The notes under the pieces are model-generated. The model ran no database searches. It was not told where the DNA came from and worked only from the letters and a program-made list of their open reading frames with translations. Shown here piece after piece: positions 8,717 through 20,017 of a DNA stretch of 64,000 nt. The stretch comes from an uncultured Syntrophobacterales bacterium (GTDB lineage Bacteria; Desulfobacterota; Binatia; UBA9968; JAJDTQ01), in assembly GCA_964630405.1 (NCBI GenBank), contig CAZVUC010000050.1, positions 8,948-72,947 on the forward strand, in the 5' to 3' direction. Numbering within the stretch: position 1 is the first letter of the stretch; the number at the start of each line of letters is the position of its first letter. Position numbers and translations under genes: made by a program.

Positions 8717-10780
8717 ATGAGCGACGTTAATCTCGACGAGCTGTGCATCAACACGATCCGTACCCTCTCCATCGACGGAGTCCAGCAGGCCAACTCCGGG
8801 CACCCGGGCACGCCCATGGCCATGGCGCCGGTGGCGTATTGCCTGTGGCAGCGTTTCCTGCGGTTCGATCCCGACGATCCCATCTGGCCCAATCGGGACC
8901 GGTTCGTGCTGTCGGCGGGGCACGCGTCCATGCTGCTGTACTCGATGCTCCATCTGACCGGGGTCAAGGGGGTCAGCAAGGACTACGAGACGCTGGGTTC
9001 CCCGTCCGTCCCGCTGGAAGCCCTCAAGCAGTTCCGCCAGCTCGACAGCCGCTGTCCCGGCCACCCCGAGTACCGCTGGACCTCGGGAGTGGAGACCACC
9101 ACCGGCCCGTTGGGGCAGGGGGTCGCCACCAGCGTGGGCATGGCCATCGCCGGGAGCTGGATGGCCAGCCGCTACAACCAGCCCGGCTTTGAGGATCTCA
9201 TCGACTTCGACGTGTACGCGCTGTGCGGCGACGGCTGCATGATGGAAGGAGTGTGCAACGAGGCGGCGTCGCTCGCGGGGCACCTGAAGCTGTCCAGGCT
9301 TTGCTGGATCTACGACAACAACCGCATCACCATCGAGGGCCACACCGCGCTTGCCTTCTCCGACGACGTCGCCACCCGTTTCCTGGGCTACGGATGGAAC
9401 GTGGTCCGGGTCGGCGACGCGAATGACCTGGAGATGCTGGAGCGGGCCTTCCGCACGTTCCACGACACCACGGACCGGCCGACCCTGGTGATCGTGGACA
9501 GCCACATCGGCTACGGCTCGCCCAACAAGCAGGACACCAGCGGCGCCCACGGCGAGCCCTTGGGGGTGGAGGAAGTCAAGCTCACCAAGAAGCGCTACGG
9601 CTGGCCGGAGGACGCCCGGTTCCACGTCCCCGACGGCGTGCGGGAGCATTTCCGGCAAGGTATGGGAGACCGCGGCAAGTCCCTTCGCGACGCGTGGTTC
9701 GACCGCCTCGAAGACTATCGGACACGGTATCCGGCGCTTGCGGACGGGCTCTACCGGATGCAGCACCGCCAGCTTCCCGATGGATGGGACCGGGACCTGC
9801 CCGAGTTCCCCGCGGACCCCAAGGGACTGTCGGGCCGCGACGCTTCCGGCAAGGTGCTGAACGCGCTGGCGGGGAACGTGCCCTGGCTCATGGGCGGCGC
9901 CGCCGACCTGGCGCCGTCCACCAAGACCCGCTTGACCTTCGAGGGGGCCGGCGACTTCTCGGCGGAGACTCCCGCCGGACGCAACCTCCATTTCGGCGTG
10001 CGGGAGCACGCCATGGCCTCGGTCCTGAACGGCATGGCGCTGGTGAAGGTGCGCGCCTACGGGTCGGGCTTCCTGATATTCAGCGACTACGCCCGGGGCG
10101 CCATCCGCCTGAGCGCCCTCATGGAGCTGCCGGTGGTCCATATCTTCACCCATGACTCCATCGGAGTGGGGGAGGACGGGCCGACGCACCAGCCGGTGGA
10201 GCACCTGGCCTCGCTGCGCGCGGTGCCGGGCCTGATGGTGATCCGGCCGGCGGACGCCAACGAGGTCACGGCCGCCTGGAAGGTGGTCATGGAGGCGCAC
10301 CACGAGCCGGCGGTGCTGGTGTTGACGCGCCAGGCGCTGCCGACCCTGGACCGCGGCCGCTACGCCCCGGCGGACGGCGTCGCCCGCGGCGCCTACGTGC
10401 TGGCCGATGCGCCGGACGGCAAGCCCGACGTCCTGCTGCTCGCCACCGGCAGCGAGGTGTCGTTGTGCGTGGAGGCCCACGAGGCGCTGGCGGCGGAGGG
10501 GATCAAGTCGCGGGTGGTGAGCATGCCCTGCTGGGAGCTGTTCGACGATCAGGACGAGAGCTACCGGAACAGCGTGATCCCGCCGGAGGTGACGGCCCGG
10601 GTGTCGGTGGAGCAGGCCTCGGTGTTCGGCTGGACCAAGTACACCGGCATCGGCGGACAACAGATCGGCATGCGGTCCTTCGGCGCATCGGCGCCGCTCA
10701 AGGACCTGCAGAAGAAATTCGGCTTTACCGCGGACGACGTGGTCGCGGCGGCCAGGGAACAGACCGGTCGGGCGCGGTAG
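8717..10780 (+). CDS. tkt: Transketolase.
   Basis: 687 aa. N-terminal TPP-binding motifs ([14 protein letters not shown]) and full-length colinearity with Tkt. Confidence 0.95.
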   Translation: MSDVNLDELCINTIRTLSIDGVQQANSGHPGTPMAMAPVAYCLWQRFLRFDPDDPIWPNRDRFVLSAGHASMLLYSMLHLTGVKGVSKDYETLGSPSVPLEALKQFRQLDSRCPGHPEYRWTSGVETTTGPLGQGVATSVGMAIAGSWMASRYNQPGFEDLIDFDVYALCGDGCMMEGVCNEAASLAGHLKLSRLCWIYDNNRITIEGHTALAFSDDVATRFLGYGWNVVRVGDANDLEMLERAFRTFHDTTDRPTLVIVDSHIGYGSPNKQDTSGAHGEPLGVEEVKLTKKRYGWPEDARFHVPDGVREHFRQGMGDRGKSLRDAWFDRLEDYRTRYPALADGLYRMQHRQLPDGWDRDLPEFPADPKGLSGRDASGKVLNALAGNVPWLMGGAADLAPSTKTRLTFEGAGDFSAETPAGRNLHFGVREHAMASVLNGMALVKVRAYGSGFLIFSDYARGAIRLSALMELPVVHIFTHDSIGVGEDGPTHQPVEHLASLRAVPGLMVIRPADANEVTAAWKVVMEAHHEPAVLVLTRQALPTLDRGRYAPADGVARGAYVLADAPDGKPDVLLLATGSEVSLCVEAHEALAAEGIKSRVVSMPCWELFDDQDESYRNSVIPPEVTARVSVEQASVFGWTKYTGIGGQQIGMRSFGASAPLKDLQKKFGFTADDVVAAAREQTGRAR

Positions 10781-10824
10781 CGGCGGGGCGGCGGACCCGT
10801 CCCGGCAGGCAGCGTGGAGGCAAC

Positions 10825-11967
10825 ATGAACCCATTGAAGGACCTGAACGAGTTCGGGCAGTCGGTGTGGCTGGACTTCATCCAGCGGAAGCTCCTCACCG
10901 GCGGCGAGCTGAAGCGCCTGGTGGAAGAAGACGGACTCAAGGGCGTCACGTCCAATCCGGCCATCTTCGAGAAGGCCATCGCCGACAGCGACGACTACGA
11001 CGACGTCATCGCAAGGATGGGCGGCGGCGGGTCGGCGGACCCCAAGGAGGTGTACGAGGCCATTGCCACCCGCGACATCCAGGACGCGGCGGACGTGTTG
11101 CGGCCGGTGTACGATGAAACCAGACGGCGCGACGGATACGTCAGCCTGGAAGTGTCCCCCTATCTGGCCCACGACACCGAGGGGACGGTGGCGGAGGCCC
11201 GCCGGCTGTGGAACACGGTTTCGCGGGACAACCTGCTGATCAAGGTGCCCGGCACGCCCGAGGGGGTGCCGGCCATCGAGCAGTTGATCGGGGAGGGCAT
11301 CAGCGTCAACGTGACCTTGCTGTTCGCCCGGGAAGCCTACGAGCAGGTGGCCCAGGCCTACATCCGGGGGCTGGCCAAGGCGGCCGCCGACGGACTGGAC
11401 GTGGGCCGCATCGCCAGTGTGGCGAGCTTCTTCATCTCCCGCATCGACAGTTTGGTGGACGGGACCATCGAGAAGCGGCTCGAAACCGCGGACGAGGCGA
11501 AAAAGGAAAGCCTGCGGGCACTCATGGGCAAGGTCGCCATCGCCAACGCCAAGCTTACCTACAAGCGCTACAAGGAGATCATGCAGGGCGAGGGCTGGCA
11601 GGCGCTGGTGGGCAAGGGGGCCCGGCCCCAGCGGCTCCTGTGGGCCAGCACCAGCACCAAGAACCCGGATTATCCCGATGTCCTGTATGTCGATGAGCTC
11701 ATCGGCGAGGATACGGTGAACACCATTCCGCCGGCCACCTTGGACGCGTTCCGCGATCACGGGAAGATTCGCAACAGCCTCGAGGAGGACGTCGAAGGGG
11801 CGGCCGAAACCATGGAGGCGCTGGAGCGGGCGGAAGTTTCAATGGACGAAGTGACCGACAAGCTGCTGGAGGACGGGGTGAGGCTCTTCTCCGAGGCCTT
11901 CGACAAGCTGCTCGCGGCGGTGGAGGAAGAGTGCCGGAAGGCGGCGGACCGTGGCGATGGACGTTAA
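10825..11967 (+). CDS. tal: Transaldolase, long actinobacterial-type form.
   Basis: Reads [21 protein letters not shown]...[10 protein letters not shown]. 380 aa. The ATG at 10825 lies inside a longer track ORF. Confidence 0.9.
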   Translation: MNPLKDLNEFGQSVWLDFIQRKLLTGGELKRLVEEDGLKGVTSNPAIFEKAIADSDDYDDVIARMGGGGSADPKEVYEAIATRDIQDAADVLRPVYDETRRRDGYVSLEVSPYLAHDTEGTVAEARRLWNTVSRDNLLIKVPGTPEGVPAIEQLIGEGISVNVTLLFAREAYEQVAQAYIRGLAKAAADGLDVGRIASVASFFISRIDSLVDGTIEKRLETADEAKKESLRALMGKVAIANAKLTYKRYKEIMQGEGWQALVGKGARPQRLLWASTSTKNPDYPDVLYVDELIGEDTVNTIPPATLDAFRDHGKIRNSLEEDVEGAAETMEALERAEVSMDEVTDKLLEDGVRLFSEAFDKLLAAVEEECRKAADRGDGR

Positions 11968-12625
11968 CATTCTGCCCTCCATCCTCTCCGCGGACTTCCG
12001 CATTCTCGGGCAGCAGATCGCGGAGGTGGACGAGGCCGGCGCGGGGGGCATCCACGTGGACGTGATGGACGGCCGCTTCGTCCCCAACATCACCATCGGC
12101 CCGCTCCTGGTGGAGGCTGCCCGCCGCAGCACCACGCTGCCGCTGGACGTGCACCTGATGATCGTGGAACCGGAGCGATACCTGGAGGACTTCGTCAAGG
12201 CGGGCGCGGACACGCTCCTGGTCCACCAGGAGGCGTGCCCGCACCTCCATCGCACGGTGCAGCAGATCAAGTCGCTGGGCAGCAAGGCGGGGGTGGTGCT
12301 CAATCCCGCCACGCCGCTGGCGACACTCGAAGACATCCTGCCGGACCTGGACCAGGTCCTCATCATGAGCGTGAACCCCGGGTTCGGGGGCCAGAGCTTC
12401 ATCGAGGGCAGCGTGGACAAGGTGCGCCGCCTCAAGCGGATGCTGGACGAGCGGGGTCTGGAAACCGCCATCGAGATCGACGGCGGGGTGGGTCCGGACA
12501 ATGCCGCCCGGGTCGTCGCGGCGGGCGCCACGCTGCTGGTGGCCGGGTCGTCGGTCTACAAGGCGCCCGGCGGCGCCGCCGAAGGGGTCCGGCGGTTGCA
12601 GGCCAGCATTCCTTCCATGCCGTAA
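11951..12625 (+). CDS. rpe: Ribulose-phosphate 3-epimerase. An alternative start is the ATG at 11957.
   Basis: Reads [10 protein letters not shown]...[12 protein letters not shown]...SVNPGFGGQ. Overlaps the end of tal. Confidence 0.9.
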   Translation: MAMDVNILPSILSADFRILGQQIAEVDEAGAGGIHVDVMDGRFVPNITIGPLLVEAARRSTTLPLDVHLMIVEPERYLEDFVKAGADTLLVHQEACPHLHRTVQQIKSLGSKAGVVLNPATPLATLEDILPDLDQVLIMSVNPGFGGQSFIEGSVDKVRRLKRMLDERGLETAIEIDGGVGPDNAARVVAAGATLLVAGSSVYKAPGGAAEGVRRLQASIPSMP

Positions 12626-12664
12626 ACCGCGCCACCGACTGACCGGCGGCGTGCTTCCCGGGGC

Positions 12665-13507
12665 TTACCGCACGGGCAGGGTCACGTCGTGCCGTTGCGT
12701 CGTTCCCGGGCTCACCGCCACCCGCCGCGATACCTCGCCCAGCCGTTCGTGCCAGAACCGCATATCGTAGGTTCCCGGCGGGATCCCATCGATGACGTAG
12801 TGGCCGCGGGAGCCGGTCACCGCGAAGAACGGGTTCGACGTCACCACGATGTAGGCGCTCATCCAGGCGTGGTGCAACTCGCAGATGATCCTTACGATGC
12901 CGGGTTGCCGGAGTGTCCTCGTCACCCGCCGCCAGCGGGGGATGCCGTCGTTGAACAGGGTCCGGGGTCCGATCCGGGCGTGGGCATCGTGGAGGATGAC
13001 GTCGCTGTTCAAGAGCAGCAGACTGCTGCCCACCGGGGCGGCCTGGACGTGGGGCGCGAACCGGCAGCCGATGTTGTCGAGCTGGAGGTTCCGGGGTTGC
13101 CCCTTCCGCCGGTCGAGGCCCGCGCCGTGCAGGGTGACGACGACATTTTTCAAGCCGCCGCCGGAAGCCGCCACCAGGCCCTGGTCGGGCACCATGGAGC
13201 CGCAGAAGGCCTGCTCCTTGTGGACCCGCAGGACGCCGGGAGGCGGCGGCGGGCCGGAAAGGCCTACCGTCCCGGCAAGGGCGCCGGTCCTTTCGGAAAG
13301 GGGGCGCGGCGCGGCGAGACGGCCTCCCGGCTGTGCCGCGGCGTCGCCGGCGACGGACCAGAGGGCGGCCAGCACCAGAGCTGCGGCGAGCGCCCGGCGA
13401 GGTTTCGGATCAACCTCGGGCCGGCGCGGCGCCGGTTTCGAACAAACAAAATCGGGAAGGCCCTTGTGGACCTTCCCGATTCGGATGAAGTTGGCTGCCG
13501 TGTTCAT
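12665..13507 (-). CDS. Secreted protein with a cupredoxin-like motif (C-x2-H-x3-M) and a C-terminal carboxypeptidase-regulatory-like beta-sandwich.
   Basis: Signal peptide MNTAANF...AALVLAALWSVAGDAAA. Candidate type-1 copper ligands HDAH...CELHHAWM. C-terminus YVIDGIPPGTYDMRFWHERLG. Start chosen at the internal ATG (13507). Confidence 0.45.
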   Translation of the reverse strand: MNTAANFIRIGKVHKGLPDFVCSKPAPRRPEVDPKPRRALAAALVLAALWSVAGDAAAQPGGRLAAPRPLSERTGALAGTVGLSGPPPPPGVLRVHKEQAFCGSMVPDQGLVAASGGGLKNVVVTLHGAGLDRRKGQPRNLQLDNIGCRFAPHVQAAPVGSSLLLLNSDVILHDAHARIGPRTLFNDGIPRWRRVTRTLRQPGIVRIICELHHAWMSAYIVVTSNPFFAVTGSRGHYVIDGIPPGTYDMRFWHERLGEVSRRVAVSPGTTQRHDVTLPVR

Positions 13508-13563
13508 GTTTCCGGGCAGTCCTCTGGGAGAACCGTCCCGGAGCGAGGCAAGCGTCGGCGGTT

Positions 13564-14481
13564 CTAGTGGGCCGACTCCTGAACGTTCAGGTTCACCAGC
13601 TCCGTGGCCGCCTCGTTCTCCGCCAGCATGCCCCAACTCTTGATCCAGGCGGCCGTGCGTTCCAGCTCGTCGGCCGGGATCGGCGCCGGATCCACCACCA
13701 CGATGCGGCTCTCGCGAAGCTCATCCGCGCGCAGGGCGGCGATCTCCGGATCATCGCTGTGGTAGTCGATGAAATACTGCATGTACTTCTTCTTGTCGGC
13801 GTTGACGCGGCGCACGGCCTCGCGCACGGCGCGGTTGAACATGCCGTAGGTTTCCGCGTCCACGTTCTCGGAGGCCACTTCGGTGCCGTGGAGAGAAGCG
13901 GAGACGACGATGCGGCAACCCTTCTTCTCGGCCAGCGTGAGGTAGGGCTCGGTCAACGGCGTGGACTCGATCTCCCCCTTCATCACCGAGTCCAGGCGGT
14001 AGCGGGAACCGCGGGGTGCCTGGCAGAGATTGATCGCGTCACGGGTGAGGAAGCCCTCGAGCATGTGGAGGGTCAGGTAGTGGGTGCCGAAGTAGAAAGG
14101 CACGCCAACCAGCTTGTGTGCGAGCTGCTGGGCGGTGTAGACCTCCGAGTCGGGCCGCACCACGAGTCCGGCGTAGGCGATGATGGAGCGCCGGCCGATC
14201 TGCCGTCCGGCGTCGACGCTGGAGTCCTGCACCCGGCAGTAGTTGCCCCACTCGCAGGCGTTGTACATGTCGGCCTTGCCCTGCTCGAACAGCATGCCGT
14301 GGCTGGCGTGCGGGTTCGCGTCCTTGGGGTCGGTCACGTCGGTGTGGGTATTCTTGTCGCCGGGGCCGCGGTCGGCAAACTCGATTTCGAGGCCTTCCTT
14401 TTCGAAGAGTCCCTCGTTGTATGCGACCAGCTCGCACAGACCCTGGAACGGCGCGGTGCTCTCAAGAACCAGCTTCTTCAT
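13564..14481 (-). CDS. NMT1/THI5-like periplasmic-binding-fold protein without a signal peptide (305 aa).
   Basis: Starts MKKLVLESTAPFQG. Shine-Dalgarno AAGGAGAG 5 nt upstream of the ATG at 14481. The 839-aa track ORF is an artefact. Confidence 0.7.
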   Translation of the reverse strand: MKKLVLESTAPFQGLCELVAYNEGLFEKEGLEIEFADRGPGDKNTHTDVTDPKDANPHASHGMLFEQGKADMYNACEWGNYCRVQDSSVDAGRQIGRRSIIAYAGLVVRPDSEVYTAQQLAHKLVGVPFYFGTHYLTLHMLEGFLTRDAINLCQAPRGSRYRLDSVMKGEIESTPLTEPYLTLAEKKGCRIVVSASLHGTEVASENVDAETYGMFNRAVREAVRRVNADKKKYMQYFIDYHSDDPEIAALRADELRESRIVVVDPAPIPADELERTAAWIKSWGMLAENEAATELVNLNVQESAH

Positions 14482-14586
14482 CTTGCTCTCCTTGTAGAAT
14501 GTTTTTACGTACCGGAGGGATCGCGGCGAAAGCCGGCCCTGTTGAAACTCCTCTAGCATGAATCCCGACCGGATGGCAATGCCATT

Positions 14587-15963
14587 TTGCTTTCGGTCCC
14601 GCGGGCGCCCGAAACCCCGATCTTGTCTCCCCGCCCGGCTTCGTGCCACACTGCCACCGTGCCGCCATCCTCGTCCACACGCCCCGAGCCCGCTGCCCGC
14701 GACTCCGGGGAGACCCGGTCCCTCAAGGATGTACAACAGTCCAGGGTTTCCTTCGGCGCGCTCCGGCAACCGCACTTCCGCGCCTACTTCTCCTACACCA
14801 TGCTGGCCATGATGGCCGACAACATCGAGCACGTGATCAGCTACTGGGTGATCTACGACCTGTTCAAGTGGGAAGAGCTGCAGGGGTTCGCGGTCATCAG
14901 CCACTGGTCGCCGTTCCTGCTGCTGTCCTGGTACGTCGGCCTCCTGTCGGACCGCTTCGACTGCCGCCGGGTGATCCAGTGGGCGATGATCCTCTATTTC
15001 GTTCTCACCATCGCCTGGGCCTGGTTCATCATCACCGGGACGCTCACGGTCTGGCACGCCTGTGCGTTGCTGGTGGTGCACGGCGTCGCCGGCGTCCTGT
15101 GGAGCCCCGGAGGCCAGCTCATCCTTCACGACATGGTGGGTCCCGAGCACCTGCAGAGCGCTGTCCGCCTCAGCGCCACCAGCCGGCAACTGGGGATCCT
15201 GGCGGGGCCGGCCCTGGGCGGATTCATGATGCGCGGGCTGGGCGCGGCGTGGGGTCTGGTGATAAACGCGCTGTTCTATATTCCACTGACCCTGTGGCTG
15301 TCCCGGGTACCCTATACCGGCCACCGCGCCCAGGAGGTGCAGGCGCGCCGGGTCACCTGGGCGCGGGCCCTGGAAGCGCTCCGGGAGGCCCGGAGCAACC
15401 ACGTCATCGTCTCGATGGTTTGCCTGGTGGGACTCTCCTCGCTGGTGGTCGGCAATGCCTTCCAGGCCCAGATGCCGGGGTTCGCCATCAAACTCGGGGT
15501 GGGGGAGGCTGGCTACAGCGTGCTGCTCGCCGCCAACGGCGCCGGCGCGTTCGTGAGCGGCGTGCTGCTGGAGAGCCGGGGGTTTCTCCAGGCCCGGGCT
15601 CGCACCGCCATCGTCCTGGCGCTCCTCTGGTGCGCCGCGTTGGGCATGTTCGCGTTCACGTCCCACTACTATCTGGCGGTGGCGCTCCTGTTCGCCGCCG
15701 GCTTCCTCAACCTGGCCTACCTGACCATGTCGCAAACCCTGGTGCAGCTTGTCTCGCCGGCCCACCTGCGCGGCCAGTTGATCGGCCTGTTCATCATGTC
15801 CGGCCTCGGGCTCCGCACCTTCAGCGGCGTCACCGTGGGGATCGCGGGCGGCGTCATCGGCATCCAGTGGTCCCTGGGGTTGAGCTGTGCGTTTCTGCTG
15901 GCGGTCATGCTGGTGCTGCTCGCGGTCACCGCCAGGTCTCGGGGCGACGAGGCCGGCCCCTGA
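14587..15963 (+). CDS. MFS transporter. The N-terminal 60 aa are Pro/Ser-rich, so the start is uncertain.
   Basis: About 12 transmembrane segments. Typical MFS motifs from FRAYFSYTMLAMMADNIEHV onward. Confidence 0.75.
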   Translation: MLSVPRAPETPILSPRPASCHTATVPPSSSTRPEPAARDSGETRSLKDVQQSRVSFGALRQPHFRAYFSYTMLAMMADNIEHVISYWVIYDLFKWEELQGFAVISHWSPFLLLSWYVGLLSDRFDCRRVIQWAMILYFVLTIAWAWFIITGTLTVWHACALLVVHGVAGVLWSPGGQLILHDMVGPEHLQSAVRLSATSRQLGILAGPALGGFMMRGLGAAWGLVINALFYIPLTLWLSRVPYTGHRAQEVQARRVTWARALEALREARSNHVIVSMVCLVGLSSLVVGNAFQAQMPGFAIKLGVGEAGYSVLLAANGAGAFVSGVLLESRGFLQARARTAIVLALLWCAALGMFAFTSHYYLAVALLFAAGFLNLAYLTMSQTLVQLVSPAHLRGQLIGLFIMSGLGLRTFSGVTVGIAGGVIGIQWSLGLSCAFLLAVMLVLLAVTARSRGDEAGP

Positions 15964-16073
15964 GGCCGGCCCGAACTGCCGCGTCTTGCCTGTCGTGTCC
16001 GCGTTTCGTAGTGTGTAGTCAGTGCTCCTCGTCACTCTTCCTCTGTCAACCTTCATGATGCTCCGATGAACAA

Positions 16074-16086
16074 GACACGACACTAG
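16074..16086. repeat. Solo copy of the element-A terminal motif GACACGACACTAG.
   Basis: 13/13 identity with the right-arm terminus of element A (48615-48627). It is immediately followed by CCGGACAG, which resembles the element-B terminus. Confidence 0.35.
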
Positions 16087-16177
16087 CCGGACAGCAAGTT
16101 ACGGTCTCGGGACGCGAGAGGGCAAATGCCTGCGCCGTTCGGGTTTCGGGGCGGACGATTCGCGAGGTGTTTCCGGG

Positions 16178-16651
16178 ATGGAAGCAGTTCCCAAAAAGAC
16201 TCTTTATCTTGCCAATCCCTACGGCTTTTCGTTGCAACAGCGAGAGGGCCCGCTGGCGGCGCTGACCGCGGCGTTGGAAGCGCTGGGGGTGGAGGTGTGG
16301 GAGCCGTTCGCGCGCAACAACCAGGTGGATAGGGCCGAGGCCGGCTGGGCGTATCGCATTGGACAGGCCGACCTGCGCGACGTCCGCGAAGCGGACGGCC
16401 TGTTCGCCGTGGTCAACGGATGCCCTCCGGACGAGGGTGTGATGGTCGAGCTGGGCATGGCCATAGCCTGGCGGAAACCGGTCTTTCTCTTCCGGGACGA
16501 CTTTCGCCGCTGCACCGACAGCGAGGCGTATCCCTTGAACCTGATGGTGTTCAGCGGCCTTCCGGAGGTCGGTTGGAAAGCCTGCTGGTATACCTCGGTG
16601 GCGGAGATCGCGGACCCCGAGAAGGCGCTGGCGCGTTGGCTGAACAGTTGA
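16178..16651 (+). CDS. Nucleoside 2-deoxyribosyltransferase-like (DNPH1/Rcl-like) protein.
   Basis: Family hallmarks: N-terminal LYLANPYGF and the conserved acidic DEGVMVELGMAIAWRKPVF segment. Confidence 0.65.
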   Translation: MEAVPKKTLYLANPYGFSLQQREGPLAALTAALEALGVEVWEPFARNNQVDRAEAGWAYRIGQADLRDVREADGLFAVVNGCPPDEGVMVELGMAIAWRKPVFLFRDDFRRCTDSEAYPLNLMVFSGLPEVGWKACWYTSVAEIADPEKALARWLNS

Positions 16652-16805
16652 CACGGCGTCGCTCGATCGACTATCATTTGCGGCGTGTCCCGGGGTGGTG
16701 CGGATGCGGAAAGCGGATGGGCCCGAACCGCCCTGTTGCAAGGGTTTTCCACTGATCGCTCAAACTGATGGCAAGTTCCGGCATGACTGACGCCGTTCGT
16801 TCGAG

Positions 16806-17255
16806 ATGGGCACTATGAGGGCGTCGCTTCCCCGCCTTTCGCTGGACCTCGAACCGGAGCTTTCGTCCGCCCTCAAGGAGTTGGCCGAGGCGGTGGCGCG
16901 CTTCGGAGAGGCGAACGGCCTTTCAAAGGCGCAGATCCACAATTTGAGCCTGGCCTTGGACGAACTGGCCACCAACACCATATCGTACGGTTTCGTCGAG
17001 GTGGACCGACAGGAGCTCCGGGTGGAGTTGCGCATCGAGGAGGACGAAGTCGTCGCGCAACTGGACGACACGGGGATCCCTTTCAATCCGTTCGAGGAAG
17101 CCGCTGCGCCGGACATACATGCGGCGCTCGACGACCGGCCCATCGGCGGTCTCGGGGTTTTCCTGACCAAGACCCTGTTTCCTAATCCCGACTACCAACG
17201 TACCGATGGGTTCAACCGTATTACGCTGCGCGCACCTGTGAAAGGAGACAGTTGA
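16806..17255 (+). CDS. Anti-sigma regulatory factor, a serine kinase of the RsbW/SpoIIAB-like HATPase family.
   Basis: Reads ...LDELATNTISYGF...GGLGVFLTKTLF. 149 aa. Lies immediately upstream of the STAS gene. Confidence 0.7.
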   Translation: MGTMRASLPRLSLDLEPELSSALKELAEAVARFGEANGLSKAQIHNLSLALDELATNTISYGFVEVDRQELRVELRIEEDEVVAQLDDTGIPFNPFEEAAAPDIHAALDDRPIGGLGVFLTKTLFPNPDYQRTDGFNRITLRAPVKGDS

Positions 17256-17594
17256 TGGCAAACGGAAGCGTTTTGGATCTCAGCACGGAGACGGACGGCG
17301 ATACCACGGTCGTCATCCCCTCCGGCCGCATCGACGGCAGTACGGCCAGCCCGTTCCAGGAGGCTCTTCTGAAGCTGATCGAGGAAGGGAAGGGCTCGCT
17401 CGTGGTGGACTTCGAGAACATCGAATACATCAGCAGCGCCGGTCTCCGGGTCCTGCTGCTTGCCGCCAAGCAACTCCAGGCCGGCGGCAGGAAGATCGTG
17501 CTCTGCGCCATGCGAGACCATATTGCCGAGGTGTTCAAGATCAGCGGCTTCAGTGAGATCCTCGCCATTCATCCCACGCGTCAGGACGCGATCG

Positions 17595-17605
<11 letters not shown>
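17252..17605 (+). CDS. STAS-domain anti-sigma-factor antagonist (RsbV/SpoIIAA-like).
   Basis: 117 aa. Reads ...VVDFENIEYISSAGLRVLL..., which carries the conserved phosphorylatable-Ser context. Overlaps both neighbours by 4-11 nt. Confidence 0.8.
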
Positions 17606-18803
<1,198 letters not shown>

Positions 18804-18814
18804 GACCGAAATTC

Positions 18815-20017
18815 GTGCACGTCTTCGCGCGGTTCGCTGTCGTGCCGTTGCTGGTGGCGATGACATCGTTGGCCACCGTCTCGCACTCCACCGCGCAGAC
18901 ACCGCCGCCGGGTTCCGTCACGCCCGGCATCGGTCCGGCCAGCGTCATGTTCGGCCAGTCCTGCGCCCTGAGCGGACCCGCCAAGGCCTTGGGCGAAGGG
19001 ATGCGGCTGGGCATTACGGCCGCTTTCGAGGAGGCGAATCGAGCCGGCGGTATCCACGGCCGGAGGTTGCGTCTCACCACCCTCGACGACCGTTATGAGC
19101 CCGAGGCGGCCATCGCCAACACCGACCGCCTCATCAACCAAGAGCACGTATTCGCCCTGATTGGCGCGGTGGGGACGCCGACCTCAAAGGCGGCTGAGCC
19201 CATCGCGACGGAAGCTGGCGTTCCCTATGTCGGCGCCTTCACCGGGGCGGAGTTCCTGCGCGACGCGCGCAAACGTCCCACCGTCATCAACGTACGCGCC
19301 TCCTATTACCAGGAGACCGAGGAGATGGTGGAGCGGCTCACCCGGGACCTTGGGGTGGAGCGCATCGGCATCCTCTATCAGGACGACTCCTACGGCCGCG
19401 CGGGGCTTTCGGGAACGTTTCAGGCGCTGCACCGGCGCGGCATGACGCTGGCCGCGGAGGCCACCTATCCGCGCAACACCCGGGCCGTCAAGACCGCGGT
19501 GCTGGACCTGAGGTACGGCAACCCCGAGGCGGTCATCATCGTGGGCGCCTACCAGCCGGTGGCTACATTCATCAAGTGGTCCCGGCGCCTCGGTTTCAAT
19601 CCCATCTTCGTGAACATCTCCTTCGTCGGCAGCTCGGCGCTGGCCAAGGCCCTGGGCTCTTCGGGCAAGGACGTCATCGTCACCCAGGTGGTGCCTTTCC
19701 CCCACGACAAATGGATTCCCGTCGTCGCCCGATACCATGAATCCCTTCACGCCGTGGCGCCGGACGCGGAGCCCGGCTTCGTTTCCCTCGAGGGATATCT
19801 GACCGGGCGGGTGGCCGTGGAGGCGCTGCGCCGGGCGGGACCCGGGCTTACCCGGAGGGGGTTCATCGCCGCCCTCCAAAAGGCCGGCACCATGGATCTG
19901 GGCGGCTTCATGCTGCTCTATGGGGAATCCGACAACCAGGGCTCCGATCGGGTCTATCTGACCGTGATCGACGACTCCGAGCGGTTTCGTTCGATCCGGC
20001 GCCTGGAGCGGCCGTGA
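18815..20017 (+). CDS. Periplasmic binding protein of type I (Leu/Ile/Val-binding fold), probably a sensor-associated ligand-binding protein.
   Basis: Signal peptide present. PBP1 fold. Its stop overlaps the start of the histidine kinase gene (ATGA). Confidence 0.8.
   Translation: MHVFARFAVVPLLVAMTSLATVSHSTAQTPPPGSVTPGIGPASVMFGQSCALSGPAKALGEGMRLGITAAFEEANRAGGIHGRRLRLTTLDDRYEPEAAIANTDRLINQEHVFALIGAVGTPTSKAAEPIATEAGVPYVGAFTGAEFLRDARKRPTVINVRASYYQETEEMVERLTRDLGVERIGILYQDDSYGRAGLSGTFQALHRRGMTLAAEATYPRNTRAVKTAVLDLRYGNPEAVIIVGAYQPVATFIKWSRRLGFNPIFVNISFVGSSALAKALGSSGKDVIVTQVVPFPHDKWIPVVARYHESLHAVAPDAEPGFVSLEGYLTGRVAVEALRRAGPGLTRRGFIAALQKAGTMDLGGFMLLYGESDNQGSDRVYLTVIDDSERFRSIRRLERP

Noticed and set aside
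6932-10834. 1300-aa ORF on the minus strand
   Set aside because: Only the last 548 codons (6932-8578) have ThyX homology and a plausible ATG. The upstream 750 codons are antisense to transketolase and are low-complexity Arg/Gly/Pro text typical of high-GC antisense frames.
14482-14586. TPP riboswitch upstream of the THI5/NMT1-like gene
   Set aside because: The ~100-nt leader lacks the CUGAGA/ACCUGAUCUGG TPP-aptamer cores. The first-frame ORF 14558-14812 in this region is an overlap artefact.
13564-16083. 839-aa ORF, plus the 815..3574, 846..3092, 3571..6228 and 35135..37639 giant ORFs
   Set aside because: These overlap well-supported genes on the opposite strand or in another frame. Their translations are Arg/Pro/Gly-rich nonsense. 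They arise because stop codons are rare in 68%-GC DNA.
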